22,075 bases of DNA, taken from positions 1 through 22,075 of the forward strand of contig JAEYPM010000102.1 in assembly GCA_023410675.1 (NCBI GenBank). The letters are read 5' to 3'. Of the stretch, positions 1-8,146 are shown one piece after another (position 1 is the stretch's first letter; the number at the start of each line of letters is the position of its first letter). The stretch is from Bacillota bacterium (GTDB lineage: Bacteria > Bacillota > Clostridia > Lachnospirales > Cellulosilyticaceae). Both the position numbers and the translations under genes were made by a program. A model generated the notes under the pieces. It worked only from the letters and a program-made list of their open reading frames with translations. It had not been told where the DNA came from and did no database searches.

Positions 1-180
1 AAGCCCAAATTTGTTAAAGGTACATGTCATAAAAAGTTTGATAACCTTTTGAAAAGAGATTTTACAGCTGCTAAGCGTAATCAAAAATGGTGCACAGATT
101 TTACATATCTCCAATTAACTAATGGAGTGAGCTGGTCAAGCAAAATTGTAACACTTTGGTTGACCAGCTCAAATGAATAA
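1..180 (+). pseudogene. IS3-family transposase fragment (integrase-core entry motif), truncated/decayed; reading frame enters from outside the window
   Basis: Frame +1 translates without stops from nt 1 to a TAA at 178-180: KPKFVKGTCHKKFDNLLKRDFTAAKRNQKWCTDFTYLQ.... The segment L-x-R-D-F-x-A-x-x-x-N-x-K-W-x-T-D-x-T-Y-L matches the conserved start of the IS3/IS150 OrfB DDE domain (first catalytic D in TDxTY). Similarity is lost after ~nt 110 and no DDE remainder follows, so it is a remnant. Not in the ORF track because there is no start codon inside the window. Confidence 0.55.
129..170. repeat. Inverted repeat GAGCTGGTCAAGC/GGTTGACCAGCTC (12 of 13 bp) with ~16-nt loop
   Basis: Read directly: gagctggtcaagc ... 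ggttgaccagctc. It sits at the decay point of the transposase remnant and immediately 3' of the minus-strand ORF ending at 169. No U-tract on either side, so not a classical terminator. Confidence 0.5.
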
Positions 181-531
181 AGAATATTTTAGTTTGTCTT
201 TTTCTCTATATACCTGTGAATAAATAAGGCAAAAAACTAACCATATTAAAGACATCATAAATTTAATAATAAAACTAAGCTTAAAATGAGTTAATTCATA
301 GAGTTCAAAACTAAATCCTCTTAAATTACCTATTAAATTAATATTTGTTAATATACTTATCTTTATTAATATAATACGTATGATCCATATCATAATAAAA
401 ATTTGAAATGTTACAAAACTATATAATAAAGGAGTCTTTTTGCCTTTTATAAAAAGTAAAAGTGAGACAAACAATGTCATACTTAAAGAAATTAGGTAGA
501 TGGATAATTGCACTTTAAAGTTAAGAAACAT
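169..531 (-). CDS. Hypothetical small integral membrane protein (~120 aa, about 3 TM helices); the ORF is open to 660 but the likely start is the ATG at 531
   Basis: A 492-nt open frame in an ~80% A+T stretch, where stops are frequent by chance. Strong RBS AAAGGAG (revcomp of 536-543) 5 nt before the internal ATG (MFLNFKVQLSIY...). The ATG at 660 has no RBS and lies inside a terminator hairpin. Very hydrophobic Ile/Leu/Phe-rich sequence; no recognisable family. Confidence 0.4.
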   Translation of the reverse strand: MFLNFKVQLSIYLISLSMTLFVSLLLFIKGKKTPLLYSFVTFQIFIMIWIIRIILIKISILTNINLIGNLRGFSFELYELTHFKLSFIIKFMMSLIWLVFCLIYSQVYREKDKLKYSLFI

Positions 532-620
532 ATATACTCCTTTCTTCTTATAAAAATATTTACTCCCATCATACATTAAATCTATATAATATTCTATACT
601 TATATTATTCTTGCTAAAAA

Positions 621-692
621 TATATAAAAAAGTCAGCTTATCTAATAGCATACTGATCATTAAGGTTAGTATGCTATTAGATAAAACTGACT
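621..692 (-). terminator. Rho-independent terminator of ilvA (very long stem)
   Basis: agtcagcttatctaatagcatact (631-654) pairs with agtatgctattagataaaactgact (668-692): 5 bp + G-C + small internal loop + 17 perfect bp, 13-nt loop. A6 at 625-630 on plus gives a U-tract after the stem on minus. Located 14 nt 3' of the ilvA stop (706-708). Confidence 0.7.
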
Positions 693-705
693 TAAATAAA
701 AACGA

Positions 706-1905
706 TTAATATAATTGTTTAATAAAATAACCATTTTCCTCAAAGTTATTTTTAATCTTTTGGATATGTTCATAACCATTTGTTTCTACAGTAACCTCTA
801 CAGCTACATTTTTAAAGCGGTTCATAGCTTTAAACTGATTATGCTCAAGATTGACTACATTCGCACCCATATCACACAATATCTGGGAAAGTCTTAGAAG
901 TTGACCTGGGATATTTGGTACTTCAATACAGAAACAAAAAAGTCTACCTCTTGATACTAGTCCACTATTAATGAGCGAAGATATCGTAAGCATATCAATA
1001 TTCCCACCACTAATGATTGCAGCTATCTTTTTCTTTGCTACAGAAAGCTTTTTAAGTGCAGCAAGTGCAGCAACTCCTGAGGTCTCAGCAATAAGCTTAT
1101 GCTTTTCACTAAGTGTTAGGAAACATTCAACAAGTGCACTATCACTGACTGTTATAATATCATCAACATATTGCTGGATTATTTTAAAGCTTACTTCTCC
1201 TGGCTTTTTTACTGCAATTCCTTCTGCCATAGTGTTTACTGAATCAAGTTTTTGAAGTTTTCCTTCTCTAAAACTTCTTTGCATTGCATTTGCACCTTCA
1301 GCCTGAACGCCAATAATACGAATATTGGGATTGATTTCTTTAGCATAAAGTGCTATGCCGCTAATAAGTCCCCCCCCTCCAATGGGACACAAAATAATAT
1401 CTATATCTGGTATTTCTTCTAATATTTCTAGTGCTACTGTTCCTTGCCCCACAATAACATCCATATCATCAAAAGGATGAATGAAGATAGCTCCTTCTTG
1501 CTTTGCTATTTTTTGTGCATGCTTATAAGCATCATCATAACATGATCCTGCAAGCACCACATTTCCTCCAAAATCTTTGGTTGCTTGAACCTTAAGATAA
1601 GGTGTTGTTTTAGGCATAACTATTGTTGAATGCATTTTAGCTAAAGATGCGGCATAGGCAACACCTTGTGCATGATTTCCTGCTGAAGAACAAATAACAC
1701 CCTTTTCTTTATTCTCTTCAGATATTGCATTAATTTTATTAAATGCCCCTCTAATTTTATATGCTCCTGTTACCTGCAAATTTTCACATTTCATATAGAC
1801 TTCATTTTTTGACTGTGATGAAAAAACAGAGCTATATAAAAGTGGTGTATTTAGTACAATTCCCCTCATTTTTTCTTTCGCTTGCTTAATCTGATCTATA
1901 TACAT
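706..1905 (-). CDS. ilvA: Threonine ammonia-lyase (threonine dehydratase), PLP-dependent, single C-terminal ACT domain
   Basis: 399 aa; motifs AYKIRGA (PLP lysine), SAGNHAQGVA, GGGGL glycine loop, C-terminal ACT-like region. RBS GAGGTG before the ATG at 1905. Confidence 0.9.
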   Translation of the reverse strand: MYIDQIKQAKEKMRGIVLNTPLLYSSVFSSQSKNEVYMKCENLQVTGAYKIRGAFNKINAISEENKEKGVICSSAGNHAQGVAYAASLAKMHSTIVMPKTTPYLKVQATKDFGGNVVLAGSCYDDAYKHAQKIAKQEGAIFIHPFDDMDVIVGQGTVALEILEEIPDIDIILCPIGGGGLISGIALYAKEINPNIRIIGVQAEGANAMQRSFREGKLQKLDSVNTMAEGIAVKKPGEVSFKIIQQYVDDIITVSDSALVECFLTLSEKHKLIAETSGVAALAALKKLSVAKKKIAAIISGGNIDMLTISSLINSGLVSRGRLFCFCIEVPNIPGQLLRLSQILCDMGANVVNLEHNQFKAMNRFKNVAVEVTVETNGYEHIQKIKNNFEENGYFIKQLY

Positions 1906-2018
1906 ATTGCACCTCGGTTGTATGCTTTAAATTTTTATTCTGAAACATTATACTCCAAAATATTTTATTTAACAAACCATTTATTACTAAAAATATTATG
2001 TACGCAAGGCAGTTTCAT

Positions 2019-3434
2019 CTAATTCTGTAAAGCATTGTTCGTTTGATCTTGTTTATTTAATGCTATTCTAAATTCTCTCGCGAGTACAACAATGACAACA
2101 ATGGTAGAAATTATATCACATATTGGCTGAGTCCACCAAACACCCTTGATACCAAAATAACGTGGTAAAATTAAATAAAGAGGAATAAGCAAAATCACTT
2201 GCCTAAGTAGACTTAATATCATTGATACCATAGCTTTGCCTATTGCCTGAAAATAAACTGTCCCTATTATAGCGATCCCTATTATAGGAAGGGTACTAAG
2301 ATAAATTTGGATCCCTTCAAGTGCAATACTTATAAGCTGATTATTATTATTAAACTTACTAATTATATACTCTGGAAATAGCCTAATCACTAAAAATTCG
2401 ACAGTTAATATTATCGTTGAAATAATAATTGCTAAAATAACTGTTTTTTTTGCACGATCGTATTTTTTAGCACCATAATTAAAACCCACTATAGGCTGTG
2501 CTCCCTGATTAATGCCAAAAATAGGCATAAGAAATACTATAGCAATAGATGCTATTGTTGTCATGGCACCAACAGCTAATTCCCCTCCATTATTCATAAG
2601 TGCATGGTTTGCAATCGTCTGAACCAAACTTGCAGCAATTTGCATAGCAAAAGGGGACATGCCTATGCCTAATATTCCTACTATTATTTTTTTGTCAAGC
2701 TTCATATCTTTTAATCTGATCTTCAAATGAGATTTACCAAGAGTAAAGTACCAAATACCTATAATACATGTTACTAATTGGGATATAATTGTGGCTATCG
2801 CCGCTCCTTCTATTCCCCATTTAATGCCTAAAAATAGAGTAACTTCTTGATTTATTTTTATAGCAATGCCATTCACAAATAAAGCATCTAATACAATATT
2901 AAGTAAACATCCAATTGTCATCGTAATAGCTGACATCATAGGACTTCCATCCGCCCGCATATTACTATTGATAGAAAATCCTATAATATTAACAACGCTT
3001 CCTAGTAATATAATGTTAATGTATTGTTTCGCATAATCAAGCATTTCTTGACTTGCACCAAATAATATTAGTAGATCATCAATAAAAATAAAACCTACTA
3101 CCATTAAATTAATTCCTGTAATTATTCCAAGTAATAGTGTGTTGCTTATTATTTTTTCTGCATCTTGCTTATGACCTTGTCCAAGTTTTATGGATATGAG
3201 TGATGTAGATCCAACTCCTAATAACATAGCAAATGCCAATAATATTGTGATCATTGGCATGCCTATACCAAGAGCCGACATCGCTATCCCACCAATGCCA
3301 GGAATGTTTCCAATAAATATCCTATCTACCACATTGTATAAAGCATTAATTATCATGCCAATAATAGCGGGTATAGAATACTTTAGCAATAGTTTACCTA
3401 TTGGTTCTTGTGATAACTCTTGTTGATTGTTCAT
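2019..3434 (-). CDS. MATE family multidrug/oligosaccharidyl-lipid efflux transporter
   Basis: 471 aa, 12 predicted TM segments, N-terminal LLKYSIPAIIGMIINALYNVVDRIFIGN typical of MATE (NorM/DinF-like) transporters. Confidence 0.9.
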   Translation of the reverse strand: MNNQQELSQEPIGKLLLKYSIPAIIGMIINALYNVVDRIFIGNIPGIGGIAMSALGIGMPMITILLAFAMLLGVGSTSLISIKLGQGHKQDAEKIISNTLLLGIITGINLMVVGFIFIDDLLILFGASQEMLDYAKQYINIILLGSVVNIIGFSINSNMRADGSPMMSAITMTIGCLLNIVLDALFVNGIAIKINQEVTLFLGIKWGIEGAAIATIISQLVTCIIGIWYFTLGKSHLKIRLKDMKLDKKIIVGILGIGMSPFAMQIAASLVQTIANHALMNNGGELAVGAMTTIASIAIVFLMPIFGINQGAQPIVGFNYGAKKYDRAKKTVILAIIISTIILTVEFLVIRLFPEYIISKFNNNNQLISIALEGIQIYLSTLPIIGIAIIGTVYFQAIGKAMVSMILSLLRQVILLIPLYLILPRYFGIKGVWWTQPICDIISTIVVIVVLAREFRIALNKQDQTNNALQN

Positions 3435-3580
3435 ATTATCATCCTTATCTCATCATTTACGCTTTTAAATATGCAATAGTACGTCTATTATTTTATAACT
3501 TTATTATTATAATATTATTCATTTCATAAAACAACCATTAAGTTTTATCATTACTTTGCTTTTAACAAAAAATATTTTAA

Positions 3581-3633
3581 CAATAGAAGAAGTTCTCTTC
3601 ATCTGTATAAGATAAAGAGAACTTCTTCTATTG
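3581..3633 (-). terminator. Terminator downstream of the cytidylate-kinase-like gene
   Basis: Perfect 19-bp inverted repeat caatagaagaagttctctt / aagagaacttcttctattg with 15-nt loop, starting 7 nt after the TAG stop (3640-3642 on minus). T-rich tract (TTAAAATATTTTTTGTT) follows on the minus strand. Confidence 0.6.
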
Positions 3634-3639
3634 TTAAAG

Positions 3640-4269
3640 CTATACTATTTTATTATTAAAAGTCTTCACATAATCAATAATTACTTTTTCTGCTTTTTCA
3701 AACCCTAGTATTCCTGTGTCAAGGCAAAGATGATATTGCGTAGCATCTTTCCAGTCATTACCAGTATGTGTATGATAATAAGTATTTCTCTCTGCGTCAT
3801 TTTTGTCTACTAGTTTTGTTGCCTGCTTTTCTGATAAATTATAGAGTGACTCAATTCGTTTAACACGTAAATCCTTATCTGCATGAAGAAAAATACTAAT
3901 ATGATTAGGCTGAGTATCTAAGATGTGTGAACAACATCTTCCAACAATAATACAGCTACATTCCTTTGATATTCGTCTAATAATCTGTGCCTGTTGCTCA
4001 TACAACCTGTCTCCAATGTTCACCATATAGTTTGGTCCAATATAAGTTGATGGGTAAACAATACCACCTATAAAATTCATCCAAAATGCTTCCTTATTGT
4101 GCGTCTCTTGTTCATCCTCTAATACTTTTAGCTCTTCAGCTGCTTTATACAATATATCTCGATCAATATACTTGATTCCTAAAACTTCTGCCAGTCTTTT
4201 TCCTATATAAGACCCTCCACTACCAAGCTGTCTACTAATTGTAATAACATATTTATCATGCTCTGACAT
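3640..4269 (-). CDS. Cytidylate kinase-like family protein (P-loop NMP-kinase fold, PF13189-type)
   Basis: ORF open to 4302, but RBS AGAGGGGG lies 6 nt before the second ATG (MSEHDKYVITISRQLGSGGSYIGKRLAE...). The ISRQLGSGG Walker-A-like N-terminus is characteristic of the cytidylate kinase-like family. Confidence 0.75.
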   Translation of the reverse strand: MSEHDKYVITISRQLGSGGSYIGKRLAEVLGIKYIDRDILYKAAEELKVLEDEQETHNKEAFWMNFIGGIVYPSTYIGPNYMVNIGDRLYEQQAQIIRRISKECSCIIVGRCCSHILDTQPNHISIFLHADKDLRVKRIESLYNLSEKQATKLVDKNDAERNTYYHTHTGNDWKDATQYHLCLDTGILGFEKAEKVIIDYVKTFNNKIV

Positions 4270-4371
4270 ACATATCCCCCTCTTATATGACAAGTTTATC
4301 ATGAAACCTACAATCTATATTTTTATTTTAACATATCTGTGACAATAATAATATAATATTGCTTAAGATTT

Positions 4372-4406
4372 AACACATAGCATATCTTAGATCTATGTGT
4401 TATAAT
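4372..4406 (+). promoter_or_regulatory. Candidate promoter/operator of the cytoplasmic PPIase gene: 9-bp inverted repeat overlapping an extended -10 (TGtTATAAT)
   Basis: aacacatag (4372-4380) and ctatgtgtt (4393-4401) separated by 12 nt. TATAAT at 4401-4406 is preceded by TGT (extended -10) about 70 nt upstream of the ATG at 4478. The -35 is weak. Confidence 0.3.
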
Positions 4407-4477
4407 TATACAATTCACATGCTTAAAATTACATTGTATGATGTGAATATATTTATTATAGTTAAAGGAGTATGTAC

Positions 4478-5221
4478 ATGCAAAATAAAGTATTAGCTAC
4501 AGTAGGTAATAAGCAAATAACAGAATCTGACTTACAACAATTCATAATGAATCTTGGAGAAAATGCTGCTCAATTTCAGAGCCCTGAGGGAAAAAAGCAA
4601 CTACTCAATGAATTAATTATGCAAGAGCTTGTCTATCTTGATGCAATTGAAAAAGAAGCAGATAAAGATGAAGAATTTTTATCTGGATTAGAAGAAATGA
4701 AAAAAACCTTACTTGTTCAGTATGAGATTAGTAAAATGCTAAGAAATATTTCAGTAACAGAAAGTGAAATGGAAAATTATTTCAATAAAAATAAAGAAAT
4801 GTACAAAAAACCTTTATCTGCACGTGCTAGTCATATCTTAGTGAGTAGCGAAGAAGAAGCTATAAAAGTTAAGGAAGAACTTAATAATGGGCTAGCATTT
4901 GCCGATGTAGCAAAAAAATATTCCAGTTGCCCGTCAAAAGAAGTAGGTGGAGACCTTGGTGAATTTACCAAAGGACGTATGGTTCCTGAATTCGAAGACG
5001 CTGTGTTTTCTATGGAAATAGGAGATATAAGTGCTCCTGTTCAAACACAATTTGGTTATCATATTATTAAGTTGATATCTAAAACTAATCCATCCGATGT
5101 TGCATTAGAAGATGTTAAAGATAAAGTTAAAAGCCAGTGTATGTCTTTAAAGCATCATGAAATCTACTTTAATAAACAAAGTGAGCTTACTGCAAAATAT
5201 AATGTAAAAATAGCTGAGTAA
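4478..5221 (+). CDS. Parvulin-type peptidyl-prolyl cis-trans isomerase (PpiC/PrsA-like with SurA-N-like domain), no signal peptide
   Basis: Parvulin core SHILV...GGDLGEF...GYHIIK present. RBS AAAGGAG is 7 nt before the ATG at 4478; the ATG at 4472 is only 1 nt from the RBS. An in-frame stop 3 codons upstream excludes an N-terminal signal peptide. Confidence 0.8.
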   Translation: MQNKVLATVGNKQITESDLQQFIMNLGENAAQFQSPEGKKQLLNELIMQELVYLDAIEKEADKDEEFLSGLEEMKKTLLVQYEISKMLRNISVTESEMENYFNKNKEMYKKPLSARASHILVSSEEEAIKVKEELNNGLAFADVAKKYSSCPSKEVGGDLGEFTKGRMVPEFEDAVFSMEIGDISAPVQTQFGYHIIKLISKTNPSDVALEDVKDKVKSQCMSLKHHEIYFNKQSELTAKYNVKIAE

Positions 5222-5224
5222 TAC

Positions 5225-5258
5225 AAGAATAGGGAAGCTTAATAGCTTCCCTATTCTT
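5225..5258. terminator. Bidirectional terminator shared by the convergent PPIase (+) and rubredoxin (-) genes
   Basis: Perfect 14-bp stem aagaatagggaagc / gcttccctattctt with loop ttaata. The rubredoxin stop codon lies in the right arm. Confidence 0.7.
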
Positions 5259-5412
5259 CTACTTCAAAATCATCCTTACTTACGCCACAAACTGGACACA
5301 CCCAATCATCTGGAATGTCTTCAAAAGCAGTGCCAGGTGCAATACCTCCATCTGGATCTCCTTCTGCTGGATCATAGACATACCCACACACAGAACATAT
5401 ATATTTTTTCAT
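5251..5412 (-). CDS. Rubredoxin (53 aa), absent from the supplied ORF track because <60 aa
   Basis: Minus-strand translation [53 protein letters not shown]. Both canonical rubredoxin Cys knuckles are present (C-x-x-C-G-Y and W-x-C-P-x-C-G). RBS AGGAGGG is 6-7 nt before the ATG at 5412. Confidence 0.85.
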   Translation of the reverse strand: MKKYICSVCGYVYDPAEGDPDGGIAPGTAFEDIPDDWVCPVCGVSKDDFEVEE

Positions 5413-5500
5413 TTACTACCCTCCTGTTCTTGAATGTATTTTTAGAGAAACAACCCATACGCTTAACTTATTTATTGTCTTAATGTTGATTCTCTTAAAT

Positions 5501-5540
5501 GAATTCGCATAGTATCATCTAATATTTATAATGCGAATTC
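5501..5540. promoter_or_regulatory. 10-bp inverted repeat GAATTCGCAT / ATGCGAATTC with 20-nt spacer in the rubredoxin upstream region (candidate operator)
   Basis: Read directly. No U-tract flanks it, so it is not a terminator for the upstream binding-protein gene. The arms bracket a weak -35/-10 pair (TTCGCA N17 TACTAT) on the minus strand. Confidence 0.3.
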
Positions 5541-5612
5541 TATAAATACATCTTAATATAGTATGAGCAAATAAACAAGTTTTTATTTATCAAACGATGC
5601 TACTTAAAACTC

Positions 5613-6539
5613 TTATTGAAGAGCCTGCTTTAATACCTGAGCATTTTTATTCATAGTATTAATGTACGCATGTAATTCCATTTCTCCATAAACACATGGA
5701 TCAAGTGTATATACTGTTGCACCTGTTTCATGAGCTATTGTATCAGCAGATTTTTTTGAATATTGAGGCTCTACAAACAAAGCATTAATCTTCATTGACT
5801 TAATTTGGTCTATAGTACTTGCTAATTCTTTTGCACTTGGTTGACTTCCTGGTTCTCTTTCAATGACAGCTGCAACATTAAGCTCAAACTCTTCTGCAAA
5901 ATAAGGAAAGGCTTCATGAAAAGTTACGATATCCTTCCTTGTAATGTCTTTTAATTCTTGATGCATCTTAGATTTTAGCTGTTCTAATTGATGTATATAT
6001 TCATTTGCATTTGCCTCATACTCTTTACTATGAAGCGGATCAATCTGGCTTAAATCAGCTTGAATATTTTTTACTTGGGTAATAGCATGTGAAATACTTA
6101 CCCATACATGCGGATTAACGCCTTCTTCGGTATCTCCTTCTATTAATGGTATATCTCTACTTGCCTCTATAATTTTTAAGTCTTCTATCTGATTTGTAAC
6201 ATCATCCATAAAGTTCTCCATACCTGCACCATTAATAACAAATATATCAGCTTCTTCAAGCTGTTTCATATCCTCAGGCGTTATAAAATAATCATGAAGG
6301 CAGCCAGTTATTGGCTCTGTCATATTAATAACTTCAACACCCTCAACATCTTTTGTTATGTTTATTGTTGATATATATATGGGGTAAAACGAAGTAACAA
6401 TCATTAAATCTTTTTTTTCAATCCTATCGCTAATATCTTCTTTTGTACCTTTGCTTGCTTGACATCCAGATAACGTAGCAATAATTAATATACCTATTAT
6501 GACTACTATATGTTTATTAATTTTATTTATCGTTAACAT
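5613..6539 (-). CDS. Metal (Mn/Zn/Fe) ABC transporter substrate-binding lipoprotein, TroA/ZnuA/PsaA cluster A-I family; no cognate permease or ATPase genes nearby
   Basis: 308 aa. Lipoprotein signal with lipobox LSGC. Family motifs NPHVWVS, FHEAFPYF, FVEPQ, LDP. Candidate metal ligands H (GCLHDY), H (NPHVW), H/E (FHEAF), D (TLDP). No His-rich loop. Confidence 0.85.
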   Translation of the reverse strand: MLTINKINKHIVVIIGILIIATLSGCQASKGTKEDISDRIEKKDLMIVTSFYPIYISTINITKDVEGVEVINMTEPITGCLHDYFITPEDMKQLEEADIFVINGAGMENFMDDVTNQIEDLKIIEASRDIPLIEGDTEEGVNPHVWVSISHAITQVKNIQADLSQIDPLHSKEYEANANEYIHQLEQLKSKMHQELKDITRKDIVTFHEAFPYFAEEFELNVAAVIEREPGSQPSAKELASTIDQIKSMKINALFVEPQYSKKSADTIAHETGATVYTLDPCVYGEMELHAYINTMNKNAQVLKQALQ

Positions 6540-6765
6540 ATTTAACTAGTTCCCCCTCGCATTTGTTGCAAATCATTTGCATTTATATTGTACACTACAT
6601 ATTTTCCAATATCAAGAATATTATTTAAAAATTACAAACCATCAACTGGATACCAGTATAAAAATAATGATTGCTACACATCATATATTAATGTAGTATG
6701 ATAATAAGCAATCTATGTAAATTCTATACATACAACAAATAAATCTACTTGGAAAGGACATTTAT

Positions 6766-8106
6766 ATGCAGCAAAAAAAATATGGCATTTTCACTTCTAT
6801 CGCAATGATCGTAGGCATTGTGATTGGTTCAGGAATCTTTTTTAAAAGTGATAATATTCTAATAGCAACAAATGGTAATATTATGCTTGGTATACTACTT
6901 TTTTTAATTGCAGCCATGAGTATTATTTTCGGAAGTCTTACTATTGCTGAATTAGCTGCTCAAGATGATACAGCTGGAGGGATTATTACGTATATTGATA
7001 TGTGTTTGGGAAAACCTGCTTCTTGTGCCATCGGTTGGTTTCAAACCTTCTTATATTATCCTACAATAATTGCTGTGGTATCTTGGGTGACAGGTATTTA
7101 TATAACAATTTTATTTGGCCTTAACGACTCTCTAGAACTTCAAGTGCTTATAGGCACTGTTGTAATAATATCCTTATTTACTATAAATATTCTATCTGCA
7201 AAGTTAGGTGGATATCTTCAAAATGCAGCTACTATCATAAAACTCATTCCATTAATCCTAATAGGTCTATGTGGTTTTATTTTTGGCAATCCATCTACTA
7301 CATTATTTAATGAATTAATAATAACTGGTTCTAAACCCTATTCGTTGTTTTCTGCACTGTCTCCTATATTATTTGCTTTTGATGGATGGATTATTGCATC
7401 TTCTCTTTCTCATGAGATTAAAAATGCTAAACGCAACCTCCCAATTGCTCTTGTCATTTCACCATTAATTATACTGAGTATTTATCTTATATACTTTTTA
7501 GGCATATCTGTATTGTTAGGTCCAAAGTTCATCATGGAGCAAGGAGATGCTCATGTGTATTTTGCAGCCAATCAATTATTTGGGGGATTGGGTGGTAAGA
7601 CTATTATTATATTTATTATAATTTCTGTACTTGGGACTTCAAATGGTGTTATCATGGGAATGATACGTCTTCCCTATTCTCTTGCCATAAGAAATATGTT
7701 TCCACAATCTCAATCTGTAGCTAAAGTAAGTATAAAGTATGGAATACCTATTCCTTCAGCATTCATTTCATTAATCATTTCATTAGTATGGATGTTTTTA
7801 CACTATATAACACAAAAAAATAATATTCTACCTAACTCGGATGTATCTGAAATTCCTATAGCCATTTTCTATGCTTTTTATATCATTCTATATATTAAGG
7901 TTTTAAGTTCTTCATATAAGGATAAGTCTAAAAGCTTTTGGCGAAGAGTACTCAATCCTGTTTTAGCAACTATCGGATCTATTATTATTTTAGTAGCTAG
8001 TATGCAAAATCCTCTATTTATAACATATGCTATTGTTTGCTCTGTAATCCTTATTATTTCTATTATTTTTTGGACTAAGAATAAAAACAAAGTGGTAAAA
8101 AACTAG
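6766..8106 (+). CDS. APC-superfamily amino acid permease
   Basis: 446 aa, about 12 TM segments, N-terminal GxG-containing motif IGSGIFF typical of amino acid/polyamine/organocation permeases. Confidence 0.9.
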   Translation: MQQKKYGIFTSIAMIVGIVIGSGIFFKSDNILIATNGNIMLGILLFLIAAMSIIFGSLTIAELAAQDDTAGGIITYIDMCLGKPASCAIGWFQTFLYYPTIIAVVSWVTGIYITILFGLNDSLELQVLIGTVVIISLFTINILSAKLGGYLQNAATIIKLIPLILIGLCGFIFGNPSTTLFNELIITGSKPYSLFSALSPILFAFDGWIIASSLSHEIKNAKRNLPIALVISPLIILSIYLIYFLGISVLLGPKFIMEQGDAHVYFAANQLFGGLGGKTIIIFIIISVLGTSNGVIMGMIRLPYSLAIRNMFPQSQSVAKVSIKYGIPIPSAFISLIISLVWMFLHYITQKNNILPNSDVSEIPIAIFYAFYIILYIKVLSSSYKDKSKSFWRRVLNPVLATIGSIIILVASMQNPLFITYAIVCSVILIISIIFWTKNKNKVVKN

Positions 8107-8127
8107 TAAATACTAGTTTTTTACCAC
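8092..8127. terminator. Bidirectional terminator between the convergent APC permease (+) and membrane protein (-) genes
   Basis: Perfect 17-nt arms gtggtaaaaaactagta / tactagttttttaccac. T-tract on plus after the stem and on minus after the stem. The APC stop codon TAG (8104-8106) is inside the left arm. Confidence 0.8.
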
Positions 8128-8146
8128 TTTGTTTTTTACTTTTATC

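Noticed and set aside
715-1255. Plus-strand ORFs 715-897 (60 aa) and 971-1255 (94 aa)
   Set aside because: Lie entirely antisense within the well-supported ilvA coding region. No RBS and low-complexity translations. These are mirror-frame artefacts of an A+T-rich gene.
1906-2018. Terminator between the MATE gene and ilvA
   Set aside because: No convincing hairpin plus U-tract. The two genes are probably co-transcribed, or ilvA has only a promoter here.
3190-3426. Plus-strand 78-aa ORF inside the MATE gene
   Set aside because: Antisense to a confidently called transporter gene, with no RBS.
6540-6765. Riboswitch or T-box leader upstream of the APC amino-acid permease
   Set aside because: No T-box consensus (AATTAGGGTGGTACCGCG-like), no L-box/lysine or glycine riboswitch cores, and no terminator/antiterminator pair. 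Only short hairpins (aactggataccagt). Treated as an ordinary divergent promoter region.
7878-8090. Minus-strand 70-aa ORF inside the APC permease gene
   Set aside because: Antisense overlap with a clear 12-TM permease. No independent signals.
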